A stretch of 64,000 nt of DNA from a virus. Both the position numbers and the translations under genes were made by a program. The stretch spans positions 1-64,000 of IMG/VR virus record IMGVR_UViG_3300023199_000127; one strand, written 5' to 3'. Shown piece after piece: positions 35,706-45,087 of this stretch. The number at the start of each line of letters is the position of its first letter. Within the stretch, counting starts at the first letter, position 1. A model generated the notes under the pieces. The model searched no databases. It saw nothing but the letters and a program-made list of their open reading frames with translations, and was not told the DNA's origin.

Positions 35706-38700
35706 TGGCGATTGAACGAGAGAACCTCCAGAACGAGCGCGGGTACAACCCGTATCGTGACCAGATCCTGGGCCAGCGAGGGACAGATGAGCGCCATCCC
35801 GCCGAGACTCTGCGGGAAAATGAGGCTCAGACCAAGGCTCTGGAGATCCAGAAGGCCCAGAATCCGCTACTCCAGCGGGTGGCCCAAGTCGCCTTCATCA
35901 CCTCTGGCGTCTATATGCTGGGCCGTACGAGGGCCAGAGATGCCCTCAGGAGCGCCTTGGATGCTCTGGGGTACGCTGGGAGGTCTGGGCTCCGTGTCGC
36001 CCGTGAGGGCGCCAGGAGCGCCGTCAGAGGGGCTGTAGGATCCTTCCCGGAGACCAGGAGCCTAGAGAGAGCCTTCCATGGGGTCGATGACCCGGAGATT
36101 CGCAACCTCGAGCTGATCGATACGCTGGAGGGAATACTTAACTTTAGGCGAACAGCTCTAGATGAGAATGGGTTCGCAAGAGGGCTCAGGGCTTCTCGGG
36201 CTGGTGGGCCTGCTGGATCAACCTTTGACCAGATCGCCACTGAGCATGTGGCAGCGCGGTACAACCTCGACTCTCTCGAGGATCTGCGCCATGTGACTGT
36301 CGGTGACGTCATGGAGAACGCCAATCTGCAGAGGCAGATCGGCGAACGTCAGTTCCGCACGCTCAGTGAAGCCTCGGAGCTCGGTCTCATCAATGAGCGC
36401 ACGGTCCTGCACCGTAACCGCAACGTCCGAGGGCTGTACACGACGCCTGAGGGTTTCATTCAGGACACTCGATGGGCTACCGCCGGCAACGCACTCCGGG
36501 GCCTGTACACAGCCACCAGGAACTTCTCTGTTGCTGGCTTCCGGCCCGTTGAGTTGTTCGCTGGTATGGGCAAGGCTTTCACTCAGGGTGAATTCTTCGG
36601 TGAGCTGGGCGTTGGTACTGTCATCGGTCGTGGGCGTAAGATCACGGCACAGGACGGTATTAGCTTTGCCATGGGTGGCAACATCTATCGTCAGCAGCGT
36701 GGTGGGTTCCAGCATGCCGGTAGTGGCTTCAAGCTCTTCAGCAGTAAGGAAGGTCAGTCTGCTGGTCTGATGGAGTCATTCCAGGCCATCATGGGCATGC
36801 ACCCGTTGCAGTCTCATCGTGTGGCTCAGATTAGCCAAGCGGAAGCAGACGCTCATCCGGTAAGAGATTTCTGGCAACAGCTTCAGGACCTGGTGGGTGT
36901 TGGTCCTGGGTTCAAGACCAGACCACATGTTGCTGAGACGTTCGTAGTTTATCCAATGCGCCGGCGCCAAGCCGGGCGCATGGGCGGCGGATATGTGCCT
37001 TACTCCGAAGCTGGTGGTGCGCTAGCAGGTCGACAGGGTGTCGGGTTCGGCTACGTGTCCAGACGTGATCAGAGGCGTGGCTTCTTCGAGAAGGTAGTAA
37101 ACCAGCTACAGGGTCTCAATGAGAGTGATGCTGTTGCTGCGCGTGCAGATGAATCTCGCGGATTCATGGATCGTGTTGCACGAACCATGGGCGTGGATTC
37201 TGGCGATGAGCTCTCCGCTCTTTACGGTAACCAGCAACGTGGGGCTTTCCTGAGCCCTGCAGGCATGGCCGAGTTCCGACGCAGCGGTACTATCCGCGGT
37301 CAGTCCTTGGTCGTCCAGCGTCCTACTACTGCAGCATCCTATGGAACAAGGCCCGCACGCTTCCATACTGGAGAGGTAGGCGAAGCCTCATATGGCCGCG
37401 CCACCGGTCGCACCACAGTAAGGAACTACGTTGTCCACGATGGCGGTGTGCTGGGTAATGTCAACTTGGTTGGTACCTACATGACGACGCGTCTCAACAA
37501 CCTGTTGAGCGCGACTCTGAACTACGGTATCCGTCCCGGCTCCGGCTCGTACGGCTGGGTTGGGAACATAGCCAAGATCTATGGTGGCTATCAGGCCATC
37601 AACATGGGCTTGGACTACCTGTCGTACGCCGACTATCTCATGGAGGAGTACACGGGTGTCAGTCCCAAGAAGTGGGGACTTAAGGGTTACATTGGTCTCC
37701 GCACTGGTCTCCAGAAGGCCCGCGAGGTGACAGGTGTGACCTCTGCGGCTGACTGGATTGAAGACACGATGCCGGGTTCCGTCGACAGCCCGTTGTCTCA
37801 GGCGTTGAGATTTGCTGGTCCCATGGCAGCTACGTTCCTTAGAGGACGTGGTCCAGGCCTGTCAGGGCTTGCTGCCGGTACCTTCCTTGGCTACGGTGAC
37901 ATCCAGAAGAGTTCTGAGGATGTCTATGATGAGCTGATTGGTGACAAGGATGTAGCGTATCGCCGTGGCAGGTGGTGGATGCTGGGCCGGCAGCCGTTCG
38001 GTGGAGGCCCGGTCGAATTCTATGGCAAGTCCTGGATTGCACGACAGCTGTCCGACTACCAGTACACGGACTCTCTGTATGGATCAAAGCAGGAGTATTG
38101 GCGTCATGTGAACAAGACTCCGACTCCCTCAAACCTCTTCAACTTGTTTGAGAGTCCTGAGGAATACCTGAGCCAGAAACACTACTATACGCGCCCCTAT
38201 CCGGTTGATGCAGACGGAAGTCCTGCACGTATGTCAGAAGCAATCTTCAATGAGCTCCCTGAGGAACGCGATGTGATCCCGGATGCTGGTGCGCGACTGG
38301 GCCTACAAGATGGTGGTACTCACCACGATAGACGTGCCATCGTTGGTCCGTACGGCGCTGGTGGGAAGCTTGGCTACTACGCTGATAAGATCTCTGAGCT
38401 GAGCGGCATCTACAAGTTTGCTCTGTGGGATCTGCCTGGCTTCTCCAACAACACCGATAATCGCCGGCTGGCATCGCCCGAGGCGATGGCCAGCAGGTCT
38501 CGAGAGTTCTACGACAACTCGATGGGTGGCATGCTTGGTCTCTCTGAGGCCTATCGCCGATTCCTGCCCGATGAGAAGTTCAATAAGGACTATAACCCGA
38601 TCCCCAACCAGATGCCGGATTGGCTACCTGGTATTCGGAGCTCCTTTGAGAAGGACCGGCGCTACTACATGGACTTCACTCTGGGTGATCCGTACACCAA

Positions 38701-40192
38701 GGTGAAGCAAGGTGAGGCTCGTCTACCTGGTGAAGGCTATGAGCGCATGCATCGCCTCCATTCGGGTGCCCACGGTACCTACGATGCCATGGATCGCTTT
38801 CTGATCCTTGCTGACGTCGCACCGTACTCGCAGTCGTATCAGCACTACAAGGCCATTGTGAGCTCGTGGGCTAAGGCCGGTGTGCTTGATTCCTATTGGT
38901 CAGAGAAGTTTGACACTGCTCAGAAGCAGGTCAAGGACAAGCTACAGCAGCACGATTTTACACACCGCCGTTTTACTGGACTGGTTACCGCACCCGAAGA
39001 GGAAATGGAGCGGGTAGAGCAGTGGAATCCCCTCCGACGTAGTGTTGCTGCAGCTTGGGAAGTTGCAACTCACGATGTAGTTTCGCGAGCTGCTGTGGCT
39101 GTTCCGTTTGCTGGTGGCATCCTTGGTAATAAGCTTGCTCCTACCAGATCTCCCATCGAGGCATATCAGAAGTGGGAGTTGTACGGTGAAGACTTCGCTG
39201 ATTGGCGCACACCGTACAAGAGTTTCATTCGTCCGATGGCCCATGAACTCACTGCATCAGATCCTGCCACTGCCACATTTGGTGGTGCTATGCTTGGTGT
39301 CTTTGGCGCCAACCCTCTTTCTCGTCTCGTGTTCTCTGGCGTAGGTGCAGCTCTGGCAGGGACCGCCAGCACGGCACGTGCTGTCGGTACCGGGGAGATG
39401 ACGGGTGGCTATATTCCCAGCCATCGCGAAGAGGAGCGTGAAGCCAAGGAGTATCTGGATAAGCTGAAGTACGTGAAGTATCGCCGTCTCCAGCAGATTG
39501 CTGACGCACAGGGCGACCGTACTCTGGCCTACCAGTACAAGAAGATGGCCGGCCGCACTTTGACTGGCATGGACTACTCTTTGCCTCAGGCACACTTCCA
39601 GGCTGCTGCTCGAGCAGCCATGGGTAAGCGTGAGCGTGGCTACTTTGATGCGTTCACCGAGGTGACGGATCCGGAATCCCGGAAGCGCATTCTAGAGATG
39701 GTGCCTGAGTATATGAAGCAGGTGTATGTAGCCGCGTGGTCCAAGCAGGGCGATCCCAGGATGAGGGCTGCCATGCGAGAGATGCAGCAGAGCGGAGATG
39801 CACGTGCCGCAGAATACTTCCGCAATGTGCGTAAGCCCGACAGCACGTGGGCTGGCTGGCACCCCTCGGTATCCCAGTCTGATATCGCCATCAGACTAGC
39901 AAATCAGGAGGCTTTGGATATTCATCGATTCAACCTCTGGGAGGAACAGGTCAGCGAGAGCGAAGCCAGATTCCCTGATCTGCACGTTCCGGTCGATCTG
40001 TCCGATATCCAGAGAACGCCCAGTATGCTGCGCCATGCCGCCCTGGACACCAGTAGGAAACAGTATCGGGCTGCTAGTTTCACTGGAGGCGGGTTTACTG
40101 CTGCAGGTTTGCACCCTGAGGGTATAGAATTGGATGTGATCCCTGACACTGTCACTGAAGCGTTGAGATACGCTGGGAGTCTATTGCAGTAA
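35705..40192 (+). CDS. Tape measure protein, 1495 aa
   Basis: Large Gly/Ala-rich helical protein after the chaperones, with hydrophobic segments. Confidence 0.8.
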   Translation: MAIERENLQNERGYNPYRDQILGQRGTDERHPAETLRENEAQTKALEIQKAQNPLLQRVAQVAFITSGVYMLGRTRARDALRSALDALGYAGRSGLRVAREGARSAVRGAVGSFPETRSLERAFHGVDDPEIRNLELIDTLEGILNFRRTALDENGFARGLRASRAGGPAGSTFDQIATEHVAARYNLDSLEDLRHVTVGDVMENANLQRQIGERQFRTLSEASELGLINERTVLHRNRNVRGLYTTPEGFIQDTRWATAGNALRGLYTATRNFSVAGFRPVELFAGMGKAFTQGEFFGELGVGTVIGRGRKITAQDGISFAMGGNIYRQQRGGFQHAGSGFKLFSSKEGQSAGLMESFQAIMGMHPLQSHRVAQISQAEADAHPVRDFWQQLQDLVGVGPGFKTRPHVAETFVVYPMRRRQAGRMGGGYVPYSEAGGALAGRQGVGFGYVSRRDQRRGFFEKVVNQLQGLNESDAVAARADESRGFMDRVARTMGVDSGDELSALYGNQQRGAFLSPAGMAEFRRSGTIRGQSLVVQRPTTAASYGTRPARFHTGEVGEASYGRATGRTTVRNYVVHDGGVLGNVNLVGTYMTTRLNNLLSATLNYGIRPGSGSYGWVGNIAKIYGGYQAINMGLDYLSYADYLMEEYTGVSPKKWGLKGYIGLRTGLQKAREVTGVTSAADWIEDTMPGSVDSPLSQALRFAGPMAATFLRGRGPGLSGLAAGTFLGYGDIQKSSEDVYDELIGDKDVAYRRGRWWMLGRQPFGGGPVEFYGKSWIARQLSDYQYTDSLYGSKQEYWRHVNKTPTPSNLFNLFESPEEYLSQKHYYTRPYPVDADGSPARMSEAIFNELPEERDVIPDAGARLGLQDGGTHHDRRAIVGPYGAGGKLGYYADKISELSGIYKFALWDLPGFSNNTDNRRLASPEAMASRSREFYDNSMGGMLGLSEAYRRFLPDEKFNKDYNPIPNQMPDWLPGIRSSFEKDRRYYMDFTLGDPYTKVKQGEARLPGEGYERMHRLHSGAHGTYDAMDRFLILADVAPYSQSYQHYKAIVSSWAKAGVLDSYWSEKFDTAQKQVKDKLQQHDFTHRRFTGLVTAPEEEMERVEQWNPLRRSVAAAWEVATHDVVSRAAVAVPFAGGILGNKLAPTRSPIEAYQKWELYGEDFADWRTPYKSFIRPMAHELTASDPATATFGGAMLGVFGANPLSRLVFSGVGAALAGTASTARAVGTGEMTGGYIPSHREEEREAKEYLDKLKYVKYRRLQQIADAQGDRTLAYQYKKMAGRTLTGMDYSLPQAHFQAAARAAMGKRERGYFDAFTEVTDPESRKRILEMVPEYMKQVYVAAWSKQGDPRMRAAMREMQQSGDARAAEYFRNVRKPDSTWAGWHPSVSQSDIAIRLANQEALDIHRFNLWEEQVSESEARFPDLHVPVDLSDIQRTPSMLRHAALDTSRKQYRAASFTGGGFTAAGLHPEGIELDVIPDTVTEALRYAGSLLQ

Positions 40193-43100
40193 TGAGAGAC
40201 GCCGGCTACGGCTACTATTCCTCCAACCTTGCCAACTATCCCGGCCTCGTTGGTCTCCAGGAAGCAGTTCATTCCACCAACTATGCCCCTGTGCGTAGCA
40301 AGGGCGGTTTGAACATGCTGATTAAGAGACATCGTGAGCTCGGCATGGGCATGGGCGCAACCAAGAACGTTGTGCGTATTGTGAGGGCTCTCGAAGATGC
40401 TGGTGTCCACGATATTGGTATCTCCGTACATGCCAAGGGTGGTGTTAGCCTACGTCTACGACAGGGCCAGATTGCCATCCCGGTCTGGGATAAGGCTCGT
40501 GGTGTTGTGCATATGGGCGCAGATACCATGGCTGGCGCCATGCATCTGGTGCCCACAGGGTCCCGACTCAAGAAGATGGACGTGGCTGATGCATTCGTCC
40601 ATCGTTTCCTGAGCCGTATGCCTAGCACTAGCAAGAAGTATGGCGGTGGTGGATCCGTCAAGCTAGGTAGTGGTAACATGATACGCATTAAGGCGATGGA
40701 TCCTGTGCGTAGCGTAGACGCTCAGGTGAAGGTCCTACAGGACCTGAGCCGTACCGCAAAGACAGAATGGATGCAGACTCTGGCCACACAGAATGGTGAG
40801 AGCCAGCTATCCAAGGCCTACTATCTGCAGAACCGCATCCAGATGGATCTTACAGATATGCCCGAGCTGCAACAGCAGGCAGAGCGTATCGGTGATATGG
40901 TCGCGGCTTATCAGAAGGGTGGCGATCCCACAAAGAAGATTCTCCTGAACGACGAACTCGAGCGAAAGATCCATACGGAAATTCTCGCGTTCAAGAATCG
41001 TCTTCAGGAGGTAGCACCGGATGCGCAGCTGACTGGTATCAAGCCTGAGGCTTTCTTGCCCTTCCTGCGTGAGAATAAGACTGCCAACCGAGTGACCATG
41101 TCTACTCTGGGTCCGCAGATGATGGCCTCCATGTACGAGGAGGATGAGGTTCGTAAGAGCCTGCATCAGATGGTCCTGGCTCGAGTGATGCACCAGGACG
41201 ACATCATGCACGATCCGCAGGTGGCCATGGGCCGAGCAGTGGCTCGTGAATCACTGGGGCGCCGGCGCATCGTTCCTATCGTCACCGAGCATGGGTACAT
41301 GGATCAGATGCGCCAGATGGCAGAACTGCGTGCATTGCGTCAGGGACGCGCTGTGCGTCCTGGCGATATGTACCAGCTGACTACACGTATGCCCTTGACG
41401 GTTGGTCTGATGGATCCTGGCCAGTCGCAGATGGCATACAAGTTCCTTCGGGACCATATCGACGATTCTGGAGTTCTGCTTGGTTCTGAGACTGCACGTA
41501 CCGTGGCAGGCATGGAGTATCGGCACCAGAGCAAGGTGGGCAACGTTCAGACGTTTAAGGCCATTGGGCCTATGGCGGCCCACATCAACGCTTTGAGTGA
41601 AGACTCTCATCATCATATTGGCCTGATCGGATCGGACCTGGCTGCCGAAGGCATGCCGGTCCTCGGAACAGATGCCAGTAGGTTCGTGGGTACCCAGGGT
41701 GCGAAGTCTCTGCGTATGCGTGATCGTATCCTTTTGGGCATTGACCAGGAGACGGGTCGCCAGATCACTATGGGAGCTGGTGACCGTCTAGAGTCCATCA
41801 CTCGTAAGGGTGACCAGTACCACTTCAACATCAAGCGTGCACGTGGTGGCAGTGGTATGGGCGCCGGCTTGCTGGTGGACACACGTCGTGTAGGCGTTAC
41901 TGGCTTTATCAGTCCCGAGGTTGGGGTAGACATTGCGGGTGCTGCTGGAGACTTCGGGATGAAGTTTGGTAGCAATCGGGCCCACACATACCGTCAGTAT
42001 GTAGGTCACGTCTTCACCAGACTGGAGCGATCCGCTCTGGACCAGAAGATGCAGCGCAACGTGATGCGCCAAGTTGGCAAGGCTCTGGGAGCCGATGTCA
42101 ATTTCAAGCAGATCGGTAGCCGCGGCAGGGCATTCGTTACGCTTGCAGCCGGTATGCCTTCTATTGACCGGCTGGTCGAAGCAGCCATGTCCAATGACAG
42201 TAGTACTCTACTGAAGGACAAGGTTGTCATGGCAGCTCTGGCCGACAAGAGCATGACTGAGGCTCAGCGCCAGTCTGTAATCAATGCCTTCCGTGTCGAG
42301 AGTACGCCGATGTCCAAGGTCATGAGATCTATGGGCCATGCCGTGAGTGAGCAACAGGCTGCCGAACTAGAGCGTGCCGGTGCTCGCATGTACAAGTTTG
42401 AGGGCACCCCGGTCCAGTCTCGTCATGTGGATATGCCTTCGAAACAGATGGGCCGCTATGGCATGAACTATACGCTGGCTGATCTCAAACTGTTTGAGAC
42501 TCAGATGGCTGGCACTCAGGGTCATGTCGGTAGAGCGTATCGCACGCTCCATGACTTCCTGCGTCCTGATATCAAGACCTCCGGTGTGGGCTCAGATGCT
42601 TACCGCTTCCTCGGTCAGTTCTATGAGGGTATCGATGGTGCCCATGCAGGACTAATGAAGGCCGATACCTACTCACTGCAGCAGATCGCACAGATGAAGA
42701 ATGTGCCGATCCAGTCCACCGCACAGTATCCGGGTGGTGTGATCAAGGAGAGTGAGGTTGCCGGTTCGCTAATTAGCGGCACCGGCAACAACCTGCGTAA
42801 GGGTGGCTTCTATGTGAAGCTCAAGAAGGGCGATCATATGTCTATCGCTCTCATGGACAGGTTTGGAGCCGGCAAGGGTGGTGTGGCTGCAGTGCGGACT
42901 GATACCGTGTTCATTCCGGGCATGGAGTTCTTCCGCGGGTCAGCTGGACTTGAAGGTTTCAATGAGCTCATCATGCAGGGTGGTTCCAGGTTGGATGGCT
43001 CTGGTGGTATCGAGCGCAAGCTTTTCGGCGACTACATGAATGTAGTTAAGACACTGGAGGATTATGCATCTGGCTCTGCAGATGTGACTGCGCTACAGGA

Positions 43101-45087
43101 AAAGCTGAACCGCTTGTACCTCGGCATGTCCGAAGCTATGGTGGGCAAGGACTCTGTAATCAAGCGTTACTTTCAGCCTGACGATATGATCGGGATGACT
43201 GGGCGAACTGTCACCTCTCCCTTCTTCAACCAGAAGGCAGAGGTGGCTACGGTTGGTATCTATCGCGGCGCACTAAAGCGCGCTGCCAAGAACGGAGATC
43301 CCCGTGCTGTTCAGCTGTTGAAGCGAGCCAAGACCGGCAAGGATATCTACGGTACTGTGTTGGCTTATCCCGGTACCGATGCTGCGCACCACGCTGTGGT
43401 GCGTGTGAAGCTGATGGACAAGCAGCACATCGTTGGGAGTGACTTGGCCAAGCAGGTCGGCAATGAAGGTCTTGAGAACCTGATCTTTACCTCGCCCACG
43501 TTGCGTGCTGCCACCGAGCGAGACCTCGACTTCGACTGGAACTACTTCCGGTTCATCACAGGTGATGAAGCTTCACAGGCTGCATCAGTCGTGCATGGTG
43601 AAACAGTACGTCGACTGGACCCGCTACACGCCTTCATTAACGCTGCTCCTGGGGGTGCTACCCTACGTCAACAGGTCTCCGGCATGACACAGGCCCTCGA
43701 GGAACAGATCGGAAAGGATATCTCCGGCTTCAGTCTCGGTGAACTAGCACAGCGTGAGCAATCCCTCATTGAGGGCTCCGCTGTTCTACGCCAGAAGCTT
43801 AGCTCTCCGCTGACATACTCGTCGTTTGTCAGACAGCAGACTCTGGCTGCGTATATCGGCGAAGACCGTGGTGCCGACCTGGTGATGCGTGCACTGGGCG
43901 CAGCGGACAATAGTCCGACCGCCCAGGCTGTGACAGGCGTGAAGGAGATGCTTGCTGATCCCAAGTTCAGGGATACGTTCTCCAATGCCTGGACTGCCAC
44001 ATACTATGCCGCCCTGAAGAAGGGTGCCGCTGATGAGTCCATCGCCACTATGGTGGGTGATGTACGCAGGCTCACACAGGTTGCCTCCGAGGGCGGACGT
44101 GCTGGGCAGCGAGCACAGGGCCAGCTTGCTGAGAAGATGTTTGGGATCTTCCAGAGATCGACGCCTGGCGAGAATATCCTGATGCGTGTGCTCAATCAGT
44201 CCGGACTCACGGAGGGGGAGCACTACCACGTCGGAGCTGCCGGTGAGGCAGCCCAAGGCGCCATTGAACAGATTGGCGGCAAGGTGTATGTGACACAGCC
44301 TGGTCGTGATCTGCTGATGGAGAGATACTTCAACCCCATGGCAGAAATGCTGGGGAACCTGCAGCACATCGAAGATGCGACTAAGGAGACTGCTCTGTGG
44401 CACGCTCTTCGTCCTCTTGCTGGCCAGACTGCACCTGATTATTCACGCGCCCAGGAAACCATGGGTGTCCTCGACCTGTTGGGTCGAGGCATGAAGGATG
44501 GTGCTTCCGCGGAGCATGTTGGTGATGCCGCGCGTGATATGCAGGCCATGATGGATGCGCTTCAGGACACTGATCCCTTGCTGCACAGGGAAATGATGGA
44601 GACTGCAGCAGAGGCTGGTGGCTACCAGGCTATGGCGGATGGTGCCAGAGCAGCAGCCGGCCGCGGGAAGGATATTTTCAATCGCATCTGGAGCAGCAGG
44701 TGGGGCAAGATCGGGACGATCGGTGCCAGCGCTGTTCTGGGCCTTGAACTCTTCGGTGGCCTGGTGGGCGATGATACTCCCCCGCCTGTGATGGCCGGCA
44801 ATGGGGCTCCTATGCCTCCCACGCCTGCTCTACAGGGCGTTGCCCAGAAGCAGCATCCGCAGCCGTATATCCCTCCCAGGCCGGCACGCATCCAGCGTCC
44901 GGCCTCTATGAGGACCCATGTTTCTGCCACCATGAGGGACACAGCCCCCTCATATGGGCAGACCCGTGGGCACAATAGTTCCTTTCCCTCTCACGGACAA
45001 ATCGATTATCCTGAGAGGGACAGGGGCGAGGTTAACCCCTGGGTGATGCGGAATTATATGAGTCAGCGCATGGTGTCGAGCTACTAG
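40192..45087 (+). CDS. 1631-aa protein with two-barrel RNA-polymerase-like motifs (candidate virion RNA polymerase)
   Basis: beta-like LTVGLM..DDSGVLLGSE (41461), GAGLLVDTRRVGVT..VDI; beta'-like TGRTVT (43198), VGIY, VLAYPG (43357), ATERDLDFDWN (triad 43522-43536). Confidence 0.65.
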   Translation: MRDAGYGYYSSNLANYPGLVGLQEAVHSTNYAPVRSKGGLNMLIKRHRELGMGMGATKNVVRIVRALEDAGVHDIGISVHAKGGVSLRLRQGQIAIPVWDKARGVVHMGADTMAGAMHLVPTGSRLKKMDVADAFVHRFLSRMPSTSKKYGGGGSVKLGSGNMIRIKAMDPVRSVDAQVKVLQDLSRTAKTEWMQTLATQNGESQLSKAYYLQNRIQMDLTDMPELQQQAERIGDMVAAYQKGGDPTKKILLNDELERKIHTEILAFKNRLQEVAPDAQLTGIKPEAFLPFLRENKTANRVTMSTLGPQMMASMYEEDEVRKSLHQMVLARVMHQDDIMHDPQVAMGRAVARESLGRRRIVPIVTEHGYMDQMRQMAELRALRQGRAVRPGDMYQLTTRMPLTVGLMDPGQSQMAYKFLRDHIDDSGVLLGSETARTVAGMEYRHQSKVGNVQTFKAIGPMAAHINALSEDSHHHIGLIGSDLAAEGMPVLGTDASRFVGTQGAKSLRMRDRILLGIDQETGRQITMGAGDRLESITRKGDQYHFNIKRARGGSGMGAGLLVDTRRVGVTGFISPEVGVDIAGAAGDFGMKFGSNRAHTYRQYVGHVFTRLERSALDQKMQRNVMRQVGKALGADVNFKQIGSRGRAFVTLAAGMPSIDRLVEAAMSNDSSTLLKDKVVMAALADKSMTEAQRQSVINAFRVESTPMSKVMRSMGHAVSEQQAAELERAGARMYKFEGTPVQSRHVDMPSKQMGRYGMNYTLADLKLFETQMAGTQGHVGRAYRTLHDFLRPDIKTSGVGSDAYRFLGQFYEGIDGAHAGLMKADTYSLQQIAQMKNVPIQSTAQYPGGVIKESEVAGSLISGTGNNLRKGGFYVKLKKGDHMSIALMDRFGAGKGGVAAVRTDTVFIPGMEFFRGSAGLEGFNELIMQGGSRLDGSGGIERKLFGDYMNVVKTLEDYASGSADVTALQEKLNRLYLGMSEAMVGKDSVIKRYFQPDDMIGMTGRTVTSPFFNQKAEVATVGIYRGALKRAAKNGDPRAVQLLKRAKTGKDIYGTVLAYPGTDAAHHAVVRVKLMDKQHIVGSDLAKQVGNEGLENLIFTSPTLRAATERDLDFDWNYFRFITGDEASQAASVVHGETVRRLDPLHAFINAAPGGATLRQQVSGMTQALEEQIGKDISGFSLGELAQREQSLIEGSAVLRQKLSSPLTYSSFVRQQTLAAYIGEDRGADLVMRALGAADNSPTAQAVTGVKEMLADPKFRDTFSNAWTATYYAALKKGAADESIATMVGDVRRLTQVASEGGRAGQRAQGQLAEKMFGIFQRSTPGENILMRVLNQSGLTEGEHYHVGAAGEAAQGAIEQIGGKVYVTQPGRDLLMERYFNPMAEMLGNLQHIEDATKETALWHALRPLAGQTAPDYSRAQETMGVLDLLGRGMKDGASAEHVGDAARDMQAMMDALQDTDPLLHREMMETAAEAGGYQAMADGARAAAGRGKDIFNRIWSSRWGKIGTIGASAVLGLELFGGLVGDDTPPPVMAGNGAPMPPTPALQGVAQKQHPQPYIPPRPARIQRPASMRTHVSATMRDTAPSYGQTRGHNSSFPSHGQIDYPERDRGEVNPWVMRNYMSQRMVSSY

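Noticed and set aside
40150-40200. Possible -1 frameshift fusing the TMP to the RNAP-like protein, which would mimic a tape-fused polymerase
   Set aside because: The frames are related by -1 (TAATG), but no slippery heptamer or downstream structure is visible; simple translational coupling explains it
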